Shown one piece after another: positions 12,647 through 26,455 of a stretch of 64,000 nt of DNA (the first letter of the stretch is position 1; each line of letters opens with the position of its first letter). A model generated the notes under the pieces. The model did no database searches. It was not told the DNA's origin and saw nothing but the letters and a program-made list of their open reading frames with translations. The stretch comes from Amoebidium appalachense. Its lineage: Eukaryota; Protista; Ichthyosporea. A program made the position numbers and the translations under genes. The DNA lies in NCBI GenBank assembly GCA_963693365.1, contig CAVNZM010000001.1:6216907-6280906 (forward strand), given 5' to 3'.

Positions 12647-13154
12647 ACCACCACCACCGTGGCATCATACACCACCACCACACACGCATACACACACACA
12701 CACAGGGAACAAGTGTCCAAATTTGTAGATTGCCATAATAAATGGTCGGACATGCAGGTTTGCGTACACTTGCAATTTCACGTTCAAACAAAATTTTTAT
12801 TCAATGATACAGTAACTCAGCTTGAAGCTCCTTCTAAATGTCTAAACAAAGTTTTACATAGTGTTCCGAAAAATAACTGTGATACTGGTACACTCTGATC
12901 TTAGCAACACAAGAACTTATATTTACAGTAGTAGAAGACCACGAAATTTGAACTATTAAGTGTCTTACACTTGAAATTACGTATGCGTAACAATCCCTCT
13001 AACGGTTAACTTGGGTATCATAGGCAATCCCCCCTCCCCCCCCCCCCCCCCTCCCGAGCCCTCCCCTCTCCCCCCCGCCCCCCCCCCACCACCACCACCA
13101 CCACCGTGGCATCATACACCACCACCACACACGCATACACACACACACACAGGG
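11780..13154. repeat. Three tandem copies of a ~450-475 bp unit (AT-rich core plus C-rich/CA spacer)
   Basis: Units start with GAACAAGTGTCC at 11780, 12256 and 12707. Cores are near-identical; copy 1 has a duplicated CACAAGAACTTA and copy 3 a short TATGCG-type insertion. Confidence 0.93.
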
Positions 13155-13174
13155 GCACACACACACACACACGT

Positions 13175-13265
<91 letters not shown>

Positions 13266-13266
13266 G

Positions 13267-13322
<56 letters not shown>

Positions 13323-13469
13323 CCAAAAAAAAAAAGGGGGGGGGGGGGGGGGGGGGGGGAGGGGGGGGAGGTGAAGGAAAAAACACAAGAAGAACTCTTT
13401 GGTAACAGCAAAGCCTGCAAGTGACGTGACTCTAACTTAACCAATCATTTCACACTGCGACCACCGTGT

Positions 13470-13853
13470 CTACTGAGGCTCGTAATCTGCCCAGTATTCA
13501 GGTGTTTTGATATCCTTGTTCGTGTGCCATATATCGAAGCAGGATTTGGCGTTTGGATTACTGGACTTGCGCCTGAACGTCTCTAGGAGCCTGTTTTCAA
13601 TATCGTCTGCTTTGAATGTTATGTCTACTTGCTTGGGGTCAAAAATACGCCATTTCCCTGAGAGAGCGGTATCCTCTGTAGCCTCGCTGTCTTCTGTATC
13701 ACTCTGTGTGCTATCGTCGGAAAAAATATTGTCAAAGAAATCCGAGTCAAGTGCCCCTGCTTCGAACCCCGCACAACTGCCATCACCAAGTTCCATGCCC
13801 CCGTCCATTCTTTGTGTGCATTGTAAGAGACACCAACTACTGGTATATATCAA
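13470..13853 (-). pseudogene. Acidic ORF fragment inside the TIR element; possible remnant of an element-encoded protein
   Basis: 127-aa non-repetitive ORF with a D/S/E-rich tract followed by GKWRIF, divergent from the 631-aa ORF. No domain confidently recognised. Confidence 0.35.
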
Positions 13854-14689
13854 GGAGATGTGACATTATAACGGTGCAATTCAATCACGGGTATGGGAAG
13901 ATGATCTACGTGCAGCTCTTTCAAGGGGCCACGGTGCGTTGCTTTGTTTACAAGAGCCAAAAAAGGCTACGTCTAAACACCATATCAGCCTCTAGCGGAG
14001 CTAGAGGGTCCACCGTTTCTGGAGGTCAAAACGCCTGTCCTATCCTATGTTTTTTCTCTGTGCTTTTTGCCTATATATGGTTTGTGTTTTTTGCCTATAT
14101 ATGGTGGAGTTTGGCGCTTTCGGATTGGAGATCGTCTCTATCTAAAATCTAAATAAAATAATTTAATTTAACTTGATTATGCTGCTAGATTTTGCTCGAT
14201 GGATCGTGTTGGAACCGACCGACCGGCGGATTGAGATAGGGGACATTCTGATTGGCGGGATAGGTGATAAGCTAAAATCGCGTTTCTGGGGGCTGTCAAA
14301 GCTGGCGAGTGTTACTGATTGACTGAGTGGCAATGGAAAAGGCTGGTAAACCGTTTATGTATTTTTTTTCTCTGTGCTTTTTGCTTAAGGCATGGTGGAG
14401 TTTTGCGCTTTCAAATTGACTACGGATTGAATTCTTACAGTTTTGCGGACGCAGATAGTTACTTAGATCCGGTTCCGCCAGTGCCGGATTGATAGGTTAT
14501 TGTTTAGCGTTTGCGGATTGGAGAACGTTTCTGTTTTGATGTCAGGAAAAGCACCGAGGAATTTGCTAGACGCATATGGAGGCTGAGCCTGGCAACTGAA
14601 GATGCCTAGTGCACAGCCGGCATTTCAGTTTTACAGAGCTCGAGTGAACTTCTTTCTGAACGTTGAATGATCAAGAGTGAAAAACGAAG

Positions 14690-16585
14690 ATGATGTTTGA
14701 TGTGTTATTTGAGTTTGGAAAGGAGGTGTTGACGAAGCGGGATGTTGTCGCATGGGTACTATATGTTTTTGTGTTGATGGTGTTGCTTTACGGTGTTGTT
14801 GGGAAATGCCGCAATTTTGTTACGAGTGAAGGGATGCGAAGGGATAGTATGGAGTGTAGTGCTCATTGGAGAGAATTGGAATCGAAGTATGAGAAAAAAC
14901 GGCGTGGATGGTTATGTAGTTTGGGATGTATTTTGTCTATTGTATACATTTGTGTAGCACTTATTTATTTTTTGATACCGGGTAATGTTGCCGTGGTAAG
15001 TATATTAAGTGTTTTGGGTGAAGTTTACCTTGTCGTGCGACACATATTGAACGCTCTCGGGCAGTTGCGTACTTGTGTTGGCGAATTTCAAAGAGGGGAT
15101 GTATGTTGTGGTCAAAGGAGCATTGTGTGTTTGCGAAAGTTTTTACGGCGTCGTATAGCCCTCAAGGCACATTTGAAATGTTGTTATGCTGCTAAGGATT
15201 TTTCGGGGATAGGTTGTAGGGGAACCAAGGATGAAAAAAGCGTGGCTGGGTGTGGTAGAAAATGTTTTTGCGCGTGGGTTTGTTATTGGCAGCTAAGACA
15301 CCAAAAAGTGAAAAGGGGTCACGATGAAGGGGTATATGTAAAAAAAAGGTGGTGTGCAGGTGGTGTGGATACCACTATAGATTGTGTTCGAAAGAGCGAA
15401 ATTACTGGGCCTAGGATTGTTAGACTAGATGATGCACATCTTTATTATTGTCATGATGTTTCAGGACAGAATTTCGACTGTGCTTTTAACGTTTTGGGGG
15501 TTAGCAGGGAAGGAGCAGTGGACCTGCTTATGCAAGCAAAACAGCTTCGTGAAGCAAGAGAAATGGTTGTTGAGGAAATTTGTGGTATAGGATTTATAAA
15601 CGGTGAAGTGGGGGATTTGGGTCCATACATCAATGCTTTGCGGTATAGGTATATTCAGATAGAACAACAAATTGATGGTCTTGTACGTCATATTGACGAC
15701 ATTATTGAGCAATCTGGGAATATGCGATATAATATGCGTTTGGGAGCTGAGGAACTGGTTAATATTTCGACTAATGGTTTACCGCATGATGTTGTAGGTG
15801 AAATACGCCAAGTGAGGGAACAATTAATAGCTAAAAATAACATTTTGAATATTGTGCAATGTTGGTGTGCAAGTGAGGATGCATACGTGCGCTATATTCA
15901 GAACTATATAGCTATACCATGGAGGTGTTTAAGTATAGATGTGGAAGGTAGCAATGGAGGATTCATGGAATTGATTGCATTGTTGACCGGTAGGCGTTTG
16001 ATTGTTTATTTAGACGAAGGTAGAGAAGTGTGTCGAACTATCTTTGTTGGCCGTACTGCCGGAGGTAGCGAAGTTCTGCGAGTGATGTTGGATCCGAGGG
16101 GTGTCAGCCATTTCAGTTATTTAGAAAGTGCTACAGACGGACAAAATAATTTATTATTGCCGTTTGGAAGAGCAGAGACAGAGCTTTCGTTTAAACCTCT
16201 TAATTGTCTTTCTTTTAATACCACTGTACCAGATGTATTTGCAATGCAGATAAATGGTCAACAAGTTAATGAAAATTATGTAAGTGAACAAAACAATAAT
16301 CAATGTAAAAAACACAGACAATCCGTCTTGAATATGAATGGTGCTCGGGTCAAACTCAATACAAAGCAACCCATGTCTTCAATGGTTAGTAGTTTGACTA
16401 TTTCTAGACCAGTGTGCATGAATAGCCCATACAACACGACACATGATGCGCACCGTACGTCCGTATACTCTATGCCATCCACTGTGTATGTATGTATATC
16501 ACTAGTATGTACAGCCGACATACACAACGACTACGATTTGTATATACGCTCCAGGGAGGAGAACATTAATAAAATTTTTTTTTGA
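14690..16585 (+). CDS. 631-aa intronless AT-rich protein with 2-3 predicted N-terminal TM segments and a divergent OTU-like cysteine-protease domain
   Basis: Long ORF in AT-rich DNA. Hydrophobic runs at about aa 19-37, 74-96 and 100-116. OTU-like motifs in the expected order: DVSGQNFDCAFNVLG (Cys264), GGFMELIALLTGRRLIVY (from Gly423) and VSHFSYL (His474). The family assignment is by eye. Confidence 0.65.
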   Translation: MMFDVLFEFGKEVLTKRDVVAWVLYVFVLMVLLYGVVGKCRNFVTSEGMRRDSMECSAHWRELESKYEKKRRGWLCSLGCILSIVYICVALIYFLIPGNVAVVSILSVLGEVYLVVRHILNALGQLRTCVGEFQRGDVCCGQRSIVCLRKFLRRRIALKAHLKCCYAAKDFSGIGCRGTKDEKSVAGCGRKCFCAWVCYWQLRHQKVKRGHDEGVYVKKRWCAGGVDTTIDCVRKSEITGPRIVRLDDAHLYYCHDVSGQNFDCAFNVLGVSREGAVDLLMQAKQLREAREMVVEEICGIGFINGEVGDLGPYINALRYRYIQIEQQIDGLVRHIDDIIEQSGNMRYNMRLGAEELVNISTNGLPHDVVGEIRQVREQLIAKNNILNIVQCWCASEDAYVRYIQNYIAIPWRCLSIDVEGSNGGFMELIALLTGRRLIVYLDEGREVCRTIFVGRTAGGSEVLRVMLDPRGVSHFSYLESATDGQNNLLLPFGRAETELSFKPLNCLSFNTTVPDVFAMQINGQQVNENYVSEQNNNQCKKHRQSVLNMNGARVKLNTKQPMSSMVSSLTISRPVCMNSPYNTTHDAHRTSVYSMPSTVYVCISLVCTADIHNDYDLYIRSREENINKIFF

Positions 16586-16914
16586 TAACTTCCGCATACG
16601 CTGAGAAAAACATGCCACCTAGGTATGTCTGCATGTCCTTACGCCATCTATGCATGCCACGACGGCTGCCTCTATATCTGTCTATCTGCTGCAGTCATGA
16701 ACACATACATACTGTGTGTGTTCATAGCACGTGTGCGCGTTGTGTGTACGTGTACACACGTTATGTGCACCGACATATATCTCTGTATGTGCTTCTGCAG
16801 ATGTCCGCATGTGTGCCGGTACACACGCACAAAACATGCACATACACACGCACAAAACACACACACACACACAAAAAAAAAAACACATGTACGCACGTAC
16901 ACACACGCGCACCG

Positions 16915-17425
<511 letters not shown>

Positions 17426-18323
17426 ACGTCTGCGTACGTGCACATCGGTCCGTTTCCCTGATCAAGTTTTTTTCCTTCTTTCTTTTTTTCCCTTCTTTCG
17501 AATTCTCGTTTTCAATTGTGCCCGCTAGAGGCTGATCCATGAGATTTGCCTTGCAAATCGAATTTAAGTGCTTGTATGGTTTTCCTTTGTGTAACAACCA
17601 ATGGTTTTCAGTCTTCGAGGGGTGTAAAGCTCAATAGATGAAACGCTGTTCAGAAGCTCATTATGAGGTAACATATTGCAAGGCAGCACACTTACATCAA
17701 TCAGTCGATTGCAATCATTGATCATTCTATGGGTTGTCGATATCCAACTTTGTGTGCCAGCACGCCCTCGCTGCGCCGCAAAGTCCATATACAACCCATA
17801 CCCAGCCGCGGGGCTTTGAAAACCATATATGTTTACTTCGCTCTTGCAAAGTTTCGACCCCACCGGGTCATTTATACGGGAAAAAACTCTGTTTTTTGAA
17901 GGGGGGTTTTGATTCACATTAAATGTGAATCACCCTAATTGACCGATTTTCCAAAATTCCCGGGATACAAGATTGATTCACATTGAATGTGAATCAAATT
18001 ACATTGGGGGTAAGGGCTGCCGCCTGCCGGCCCCTCACCCCATCGAGGCCGGGGTGCAAATCATAGTATACGCTCTGATGTGCATATTTTACTCGTTTTT
18101 ACTTAGAAAACAGGTTTTGGTTCACTAATAAAAATCGTCGGAAATGAAACAACGCGTAATATTGATATATGAGGTCGGGGATGTCCGATGCTTCCTTCTA
18201 TTTCAAAATCGTCAAAAACCCGTTATTCTAGGCCTCCGATCGTCAGGGCCACGGTCCCACAAGGTTTCTCGTACTGTAGACCAGACACACGCACACGCAC
18301 AAACACCGTGACACGCACAAACA

Positions 18324-18514
<191 letters not shown>

Positions 18515-18812
18515 AGAGGGGGGGGGGAGGGGGGGGAGCAAGGGAGAGAGGGTCGGAGGGAGGGAGAGAGGGAGGGAGGGAGCGATGGAGGGAGGGAGGG
18601 AGGGGGAGAGAGAGAGGAGAGAGAGAGAGAGAGAGAGAGAGTGTGTGTGTGTGTGTGACTCACTGAGGGAGAGATACTGTTACAAATCACAACCACGACA
18701 CGCACAGCTTCACACACCGTGGCACGCAAACAAACCATGCGCACGCACACACACACACTCGCTTTCTCAGTCCCTTCACACCTTTTTCTGTGTGTTCATG
18801 TGTGTGTGTGTT

Positions 18813-18847
<35 letters not shown>

Positions 18848-19065
18848 AGGTCCATTCGGATGGCAATGATAATCCGAAATGAAAATGACCGATTTTGGAG
18901 GAAGCCGCGGCAACGACCATGCCAGTCTAGATTTGAACCATGATCTGGCACCCTATGTAATCTTACCAGCTGGTCCAAAGTATGTTGGCAGTTAAGGCAT
19001 AGAAGAAATGGTGCGATGGGGTGCGGTAACGTGTATGTATGGGGGGAGGGGGTGGGGGGGGGGGT

Positions 19066-19116
<51 letters not shown>

Positions 19117-19538
19117 TGCAGCGGGCACATTTTCCTTAGCTATTATACCGTCTTCCAGACACTTAAGGCAAAGCTAAGAAACAGTGTTGATCGACATGAA
19201 GGTCTGATTTGTAGTAATGTGGGCCTAATGGGGAATTATCGCAAACTTTGTAGTACAAGATATCTCACCTATAGGCCAAATTCATAACTTATATATGCTA
19301 CAGTACATAAGCCCTCTCCAGCCGAAGCTCACTGAATTCGATTGTATTAATCCCACCCCCCCGCTCTCCCCCCGGGGTCCCCCCCCATTTCTCACTAACT
19401 TTTCCGCGCCCCCCTCGAGACCTGAAATAGGGCTTCTTAGGAGAGCTGCAAGTCGACTTTCATTGGACCAGAGCATAAAACATGCTGAAAACTGGACGTC
19501 ACAAGAACTTCGTTACTGATTATAAAACTTGTCTCTCT

Positions 19539-19577
<39 letters not shown>

Positions 19578-20271
19578 GGGGGAGGAATCAAAAATCTCAA
19601 GCATATCTAGCTCAGGCTCCGGAACCCCTGCATTCTATCATGTCTCCATAGGCCCAGGCCAAAGTATCGGGTACTAGTAGTACTACGGCCAGCAGGCTGA
19701 AGAAAGGTGTCACGGTGTGCTTACATAAATGTGTGTGTTTGTGTGTGTGCTGTGTGTGTGTGTGCTGTGTGTGTGTGTGTGTGTGTGTGCGTGTGTGTGT
19801 GTGCGCGCGCACGCCTGCGGGTGTGTGAAATCCTGGGCACCCTCACATATTGGGCTCCAGGTCCATGGACAAATGCACGTGGGCGGACAACCTACACAGT
19901 TGAAACACCGATTTACCCATTTGCACACGAAGTCCACCATGCAATACCCGTCTCAGTAACCCCTGCACTAATCATAATCAACCCCCAGACATCAAATCAA
20001 CCCGCAGAACTAGGTGTGAAGGTGCGAAACACATTGTTCCCCTCCACGTGCACCATGTACGTAATGCATAAGTACTGTTTCAACTTTGAGAACCTATCGG
20101 CCACCTCTGAGACTCGGCATTTTCTACAATCATTGCGGCCACTGTAATCATTTATAAAAGAAGTAGGAATATCATCCTGCAATTGTTTTTAAACGAGACA
20201 GGTGCCACTCCGAATTGACATATATATCACACTTGCTAGACATTCGGGCAATCAAGTACTTTCTTTTTTTT

Positions 20272-20303
<32 letters not shown>

Positions 20304-21336
20304 TCAGGCGGAGCGTGTGTGTGGGTGCAGTGGTCACGCGAGTGTGTTTCTCAAGCCATTCGGTTCACTATTTTTTACTGTGGAAGATCTATACTGAGAT
20401 GGCAAGAACCACATGATCTTCAATGGCAGCACGATGCGGACACCAACACATAGTGTTAGTATGTGCGTGTTTCAAGTTGGGTGGTGGGTGGAAGTACTGT
20501 TGGCCTTGGTGCCGACACCAGATCACAACTCACATACATGTCGATGATAAACAACCCCCCCCCCCCCCCCCTCCCCCCCATATGTTTCTTATGCTTTCGT
20601 TTTTTTTTTTGTTTTTTTTTAGAGGTTGTGTGTGAGGCCCTTCTACTGGCATAATGCACGATACTAAGAACGCGAGAAACGATTAGCAAACACCGGGGCT
20701 GCATGCCTTCTTCTCCGGGTTTCATACTATTTTCGATTCATTCTTTTTGGGTAGGCGGACCAGCCTGCCTTGTGTGTACGGACTACTGCCGGATATGTAC
20801 ATCTATCCTGGATATGTTATTCGCATCTCCGAAATAAAATTCTTGTTTCTGCGTCATATGCTCATCAACCACTATTGCTAATCTCGGTATAGATATTTAT
20901 AAAACAAACTTTACTGCACTTACAGGGCTGCTTCATCCGAATAATAAAATAATCACTCGGTGTTAGCTGAACTCATAAATAGCACCTTAACTAGTGTACT
21001 GTCGGTGCTGTGTGGTAGACGGTAGTTTCCCTAGAGGGCCTGGAGAGGCTCTCCGGGTAAAAAACGTGATAAAATAAAATATAAAAAAATGTGACAGAGC
21101 CAAGTATATAAATCAACACGCAAGTTCAAAGCTTCACGAACTTCACCATGCTACAGCCGCCACATAACATACAATCTCTGCTCGCAAAGATATTAATTAC
21201 CCTGGGCCCCCAGCTCAGGTTTACCTTTCACAACCACTCAACCCACGTGCCACAGTGTACACACTATCACATTCGCATGCTCTTACTATACACACACAAC
21301 ATACACACACACGCACACGCACGCACGCACACACAC

Positions 21337-21663
21337 CTAACCAGCCAGTGACGTCCTTAGAGCCTGTGCGCTTGCAGCATCCACCACAAACGGCACAATG
21401 GGCGGAGGGGTTAACCCCATCGCCGCCTGTGTCTGTCTCACTGCTTGTGCCTCTTTCACCATCTTCTGCAGCATGTATACTTCCCGCCTGCGTGCATTTT
21501 TCTTGTCTCTGTTGTGCAGGTGGATAAACTTCAGACCGCACGAGTTGCACAGGGTACCTGGGCCGTTGGGTCCGCGCCTCCACTGAATAATGCAAAAATT
21601 ACCGTCAGAATATCTGAATAGACTTCTTTTTTCTTGTTGGGTACATTACAGTACTGCTGCCAA

Positions 21664-21719
<56 letters not shown>

Positions 21720-23168
21720 ACCGCCAAAACAAAAAACAAAACAGAAACAAAACAAGTTTGAATGGTAGCGTCAAAATGCGTTGTATGGATGACACAAGAA
21801 TCCAAGTTCGTTACTGCGGGATTAGGACAGAATTATGCAAAGGGCAACATGGGCATCGAGTGCATGTGGACAGCCGAACCAGGGTGGTCCAATACAAGTG
21901 CTCGTACGTGAGAAGAGAGGGAGTAGGGTAGGTTTCATTGTACATGGTGTGTGCTTGTGAATGCACAGGGCCTCTTTGAAGTTATCGATGGGTATGGCTT
22001 TCGCTTTCGAAGAAGCAAGAGAATAGAGAAAAACTCAACACTGTAGGTCAGGGGGTATATGCCTCAGGCATCTCTTGAGTCGCCCTTGGGAGGAACATGG
22101 CAATAAAAGGAAACACGGGTGATGCCACTCAATTTTGCAGAACAAACAAATAACGCGATTGAAAAAAAACCCTGCTGCACAAACCCGTGGAAGCGTGTGC
22201 ATCCAAGCCACTTTTTCAAGACACAAAACATTATAACCACGAAGCGCCATAAACCAACCGCGTGACTTTTATGCAGTGGAGATGGTTCTTACCTGCGGTG
22301 TCTTCATACACCCGCACTCCGAGCACTTCCTATCCGGGTCATCCTTTGCAACGTTCACAGCTGCCGGTTCCTTTTTGATCCACTTCTCGCAAGAACTGTC
22401 TATCCCACTGACTTCCTGCAAAGACGACAACATGTCTTCTTCGAGTATCTTTGCCTCGGTGAGCATTTCGAGTGACCCGAGTGACCCGTTAGTGCTCAAA
22501 GGTGGTGTGTGCATTCCGGTCGAGTTCTTTCGAGACCTTTCCACGGAGGTGCAAGAGTGTCTCCTCGCTCTTTGCCTCCTGTCTGGTCCCCCTGCATTTA
22601 TCTTTCCACTTGCTTTCACACCCGTGTTCCCTGATGTTACTTCCATATCCGATCCATTCCCACACCCTTCATCATCCTCCCCCTTCACGGGAGGCAGGTG
22701 GTCTAGCAAGGCATCTATAACATCGTCGTTGTTTATTAGCAATGCTAGATCCAGCGCCGTCTTTCCACTCTCGGTCTCCAATTTTAGACTTGCTCCCCTG
22801 GAACAGAGCAACTCAACTAGTGGTGCATTTCCAGTAGCCGCAGCCCAATGAAGTGCACTCCAACCTCGAGAGTCTGTGGTGTCTATGAAGCACCCTGGTG
22901 TTGCATGCGCAAGAAGTGATTTGATGCGCTCCATGTCGCCATTTTTGGCTGAGGAAACAAATTCATGTGCTAGAGTCTCAGTTACGTTCATGCCAAGTGC
23001 TGTTGCACGCTCTGTTGTGAGTGAGGAGCTAGATAGGTCGGTGGATAAGGGCACACGGAGTGATTCTGTGCTTGAGTTTTGCTGCTTATCGAAGTGTTTT
23101 GTGGAAGGGAGGGAGGAGAGAGAAAGACTTTCGAGGTGTATTTCGTAATGTGGGTGGACAAGAGCCAT
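21337..23168 (-). CDS. Ankyrin-repeat + GATA-type zinc-finger protein (~373 aa)
   Basis: Exon 1 23168-22293 carries ankyrin repeats (GWSALHWAAATGNAPLVELLCSRGA, GKTALDLAL) and ends CSECGCMKTPQ|gtaag. Exon 2 21582-21337 starts cag|WRRGPNGPGTLCNSCGLKF. Splicing reconstitutes C-X2-C-X18-C-X2-C. Confidence 0.92.
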
Positions 23169-25321
23169 GTTGGTGGTGATGCTACGGTTTGTGTTTGTTT
23201 GTGTGGAAGAATGAAAACACGTGGAAAATATGGAACGGCAAGACACATATAGACACACAAGTACGCGATATGGAGGACAGATGGGCCGTGTGCCTGATGT
23301 TGAACGGGTTTTGGGAGAAGATTGGAATGCAAGTTAATCCGAATAATACAGTGATTGTCAGGGCTCGAACTTCCATGGTTCAAAACATCTCGTTTTGTAG
23401 AGCTTTTGCTCATACCTAGTATAGGATTATTGACAATTATATCATAGTATATATGTGGAGAAATAATCAGTTTTATGCTATTGAATGGAAAAGCTAGATA
23501 ACAAAAGCTTCAATCTGTGGTTGTTCATTCAAGATTGACTTTTGAGTTCCGAAATCCTGTTCAATTTTCAAAGTCTGGAATAGGTGCGTCAGTTGCAAAT
23601 GCTCATGGGCTGTTATTGTTGATTAGGGCTTGAGTAAGTTGAGAGTACATTCCTTTTGCAATTCTCCCCCTAAAATATCGCTTTTACTTTGAGTTTCAAG
23701 AGACCAGTACTGGTCCAGTAGGCTACCGTAGTACCATATTTTGTTTTGCTTCGAGAACGTAACGCCAAACTGTGCTCTAGCAATTTTTCAAGACATTATT
23801 ATTTTAAGATTTAATTAAATAATATAGGGGTCAATGTAGGTTTCAACTGCTCAAGCCTGAGCGGGCGTTTATTTCTAGCAACTTGGCAAGTCAAAAAATT
23901 GAAAGATTATTTCGGATACTAAATGACAGAGAAACCCCTACAACTGGGGAGACGTTTTTATCATGATCTCCCAAATAGTGTATCGTCGAAATTCTGTTGT
24001 GTTGGTCGCTGATATGTTTTGGTGGCACAGCCCCAATAAGCGCGCGAGATAAAGGTTAGAAAGTCGAAGAAAAAACTAAATTTACTTTTTACTTCTGTAT
24101 TGAATTCGCAAGGTTCTTATGCGATATAATCTATTTGTGATTCGTTGAAAACGCAATTGCAGCTACTTCGAGCTTCCGAAGTTCCGGTCCGTCAGATATT
24201 AGACTCCAAATTATCGAAACTATGCACCTCTGGCTTACCATGACGAGTAACCAATCATCACAGGTCTGTGCTAGCGCAAGAATTTCAGATGTCATCCCAG
24301 TTTATCAGGAAAAGTAAAAAAAAAACTTAAAAAAAAGGACAAAAGCATCGGGGCCCGAAAAAAATCACGATAAAACTGCCGAATCTCTACTATATTACAA
24401 GCCACTCGGCTTTTTGATGATCTGACAGATACCATGCTGTAACACTGCGCATGCAGCGTTTGGAGAACTTTGGGAAACACAGGTATGCTGAGAATACTAC
24501 CAATCGCACAGCTCATATAGCGGATCATCGTGTTCCAGCTTAGAGGCATGGCCTGCGATGCACATGATTGGCCGGCCACTCAACTCCTCTTACAGGGTTG
24601 GAAGTTTATATTTGCCAGCAGCGAAACACGGGGAATCATGTAGCGAAATCCGGGCCATGCATTCTGTGTAATGAATAATTGGATGATGGTAGTCCTGTTA
24701 AGAATTTCCTGCATGACCGGTCAGAATATATATATAGATCAGTCCCGTTTTTTCTAATAAGTTTGCTAAGACAATTACACATTAACATATTTATAAGTAA
24801 TGCTCTTATTCATGGACGTGGGCCGCAGCACTCTTGAAACTTTCCTCGGATTTGGGGCGGCCTGTGGGGAAGGTCAACCCCGGGAAATATTTTAGGCACT
24901 TTTCAAAATAATTTATACCCCTTAGTTTTGTGCACTGCAGCCTCGGCACGCACGCTTGGCCAACTCGCGAACAAACTTGAGCTCCTCGCCTCCTCCAGAC
25001 CTTACCTTGTTCGCCAAACAGCTCATGGACAGTACTGTACTTGTGTATATGGCATGGTCTCAAAGTAAGCCAACCAGCTATAACATTGATTTTCACTTTG
25101 AGAAGTGACGAATTGCTGGCAATCGTAATTTCTGCTCTTATCTGTCGTTTCGCCACATATGCACAAGGATCGGATCACACCGAGCCTCCAGGGTACAGGC
25201 AGACGGGAGTCTGGCGCACATATGCGCATGCCAAACGTGACCAACATTCCGGATGGCTGAATTCGAGATCAAGCCCACTGAGCCGCGGCAGCGCTTCGAT
25301 CGATATCAGTACATACATACT

Positions 25322-25354
<33 letters not shown>

Positions 25355-25757
25355 CCCGGATCCCTCCCTCCCTCCCCCCCCCCTCCCCCCCCCCCCCCCC
25401 CCCCCTCTCTCTCGTGATCACTCTCTCTCTCTCCCTGCCCCCCCCCCCCCTCCCCCCCCTTCCCCCCCCCCCCCCCCCCTCCCCCTCCCCCCCGGTGGGG
25501 GCTAGCAGTGGGTGTATTGATGTGGTCGACACCGTGGACATATGAGTTTCCCCACCACGGTGACGGTGTTGGATTACTTTACTTTGTGTTTACATCATAA
25601 TGTGTGTTTGTGTTTGTGTGCGTGCCATTGAGTCGCAGACACTGTCTCAATGATACGAATATGTTTGTGCAAGTGTGTGTATGTGTGTGTGTGTGTGTGT
25701 GTGGGTGGGTGGGTGTGTGGGTGTACACGTGTCTCTCGCTTCCCACTGCTAACTCAC

Positions 25758-25838
<81 letters not shown>

Positions 25839-26117
25839 TGTACGTGTGTGTGTTTGCGTGTGTGTGCGTGCGTGTGCACAACAGGCGCGTGTTTGTGAGA
25901 CTCACCGAGCACTGTACACATGTGTTTGTGCGTGTGTGTGTCTGCACGTGAGGTGGTGTACGTGTGAGGAGACTGTGTGTGTGTGTGTGTGATTGTGTAC
26001 GACTGTATGTCGTGTGTGTGTTTGTGTGTCGCCGAACCTAGTCATAACCAGAACTCTTGCTTTTTTTCTCCCCTTACAGGAAACTTGGTTTCCACTCTCA
26101 TTTTTAGAACAAGCGCA

Positions 26118-26197
26118 CTATGCACACACTGTTTCTGCCATTTTATCCTGCTCGGATTTGTCCAAGCCCAAGCGGCCTCTCCACAACCTTCCAACAA

Positions 26198-26292
<95 letters not shown>

Positions 26293-26322
26293 TGCGTGTG
26301 ACACTGTGTGTGCGTGTGTATG

Positions 26323-26376
<54 letters not shown>

Positions 26377-26394
26377 CGTGTGACACTGTGTGTA

Positions 26395-26455
<61 letters not shown>

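Noticed and set aside
11780-13154. CRISPR-like repeat/spacer pattern
   Set aside because: Units are ~460 bp with low-complexity linkers, there are no unique spacers or cas genes, and the context is eukaryotic.
14690-16585. Endogenous giant-virus segment
   Set aside because: Only one AT-rich gene, no viral hallmark genes or dense gene array; the TIR-like boundaries explain it better.
24806-25310. Possible small gene in non-repetitive sequence with a minus-strand GTAAG donor
   Set aside because: Short ORFs in several frames with no motif; a coherent model could not be built.
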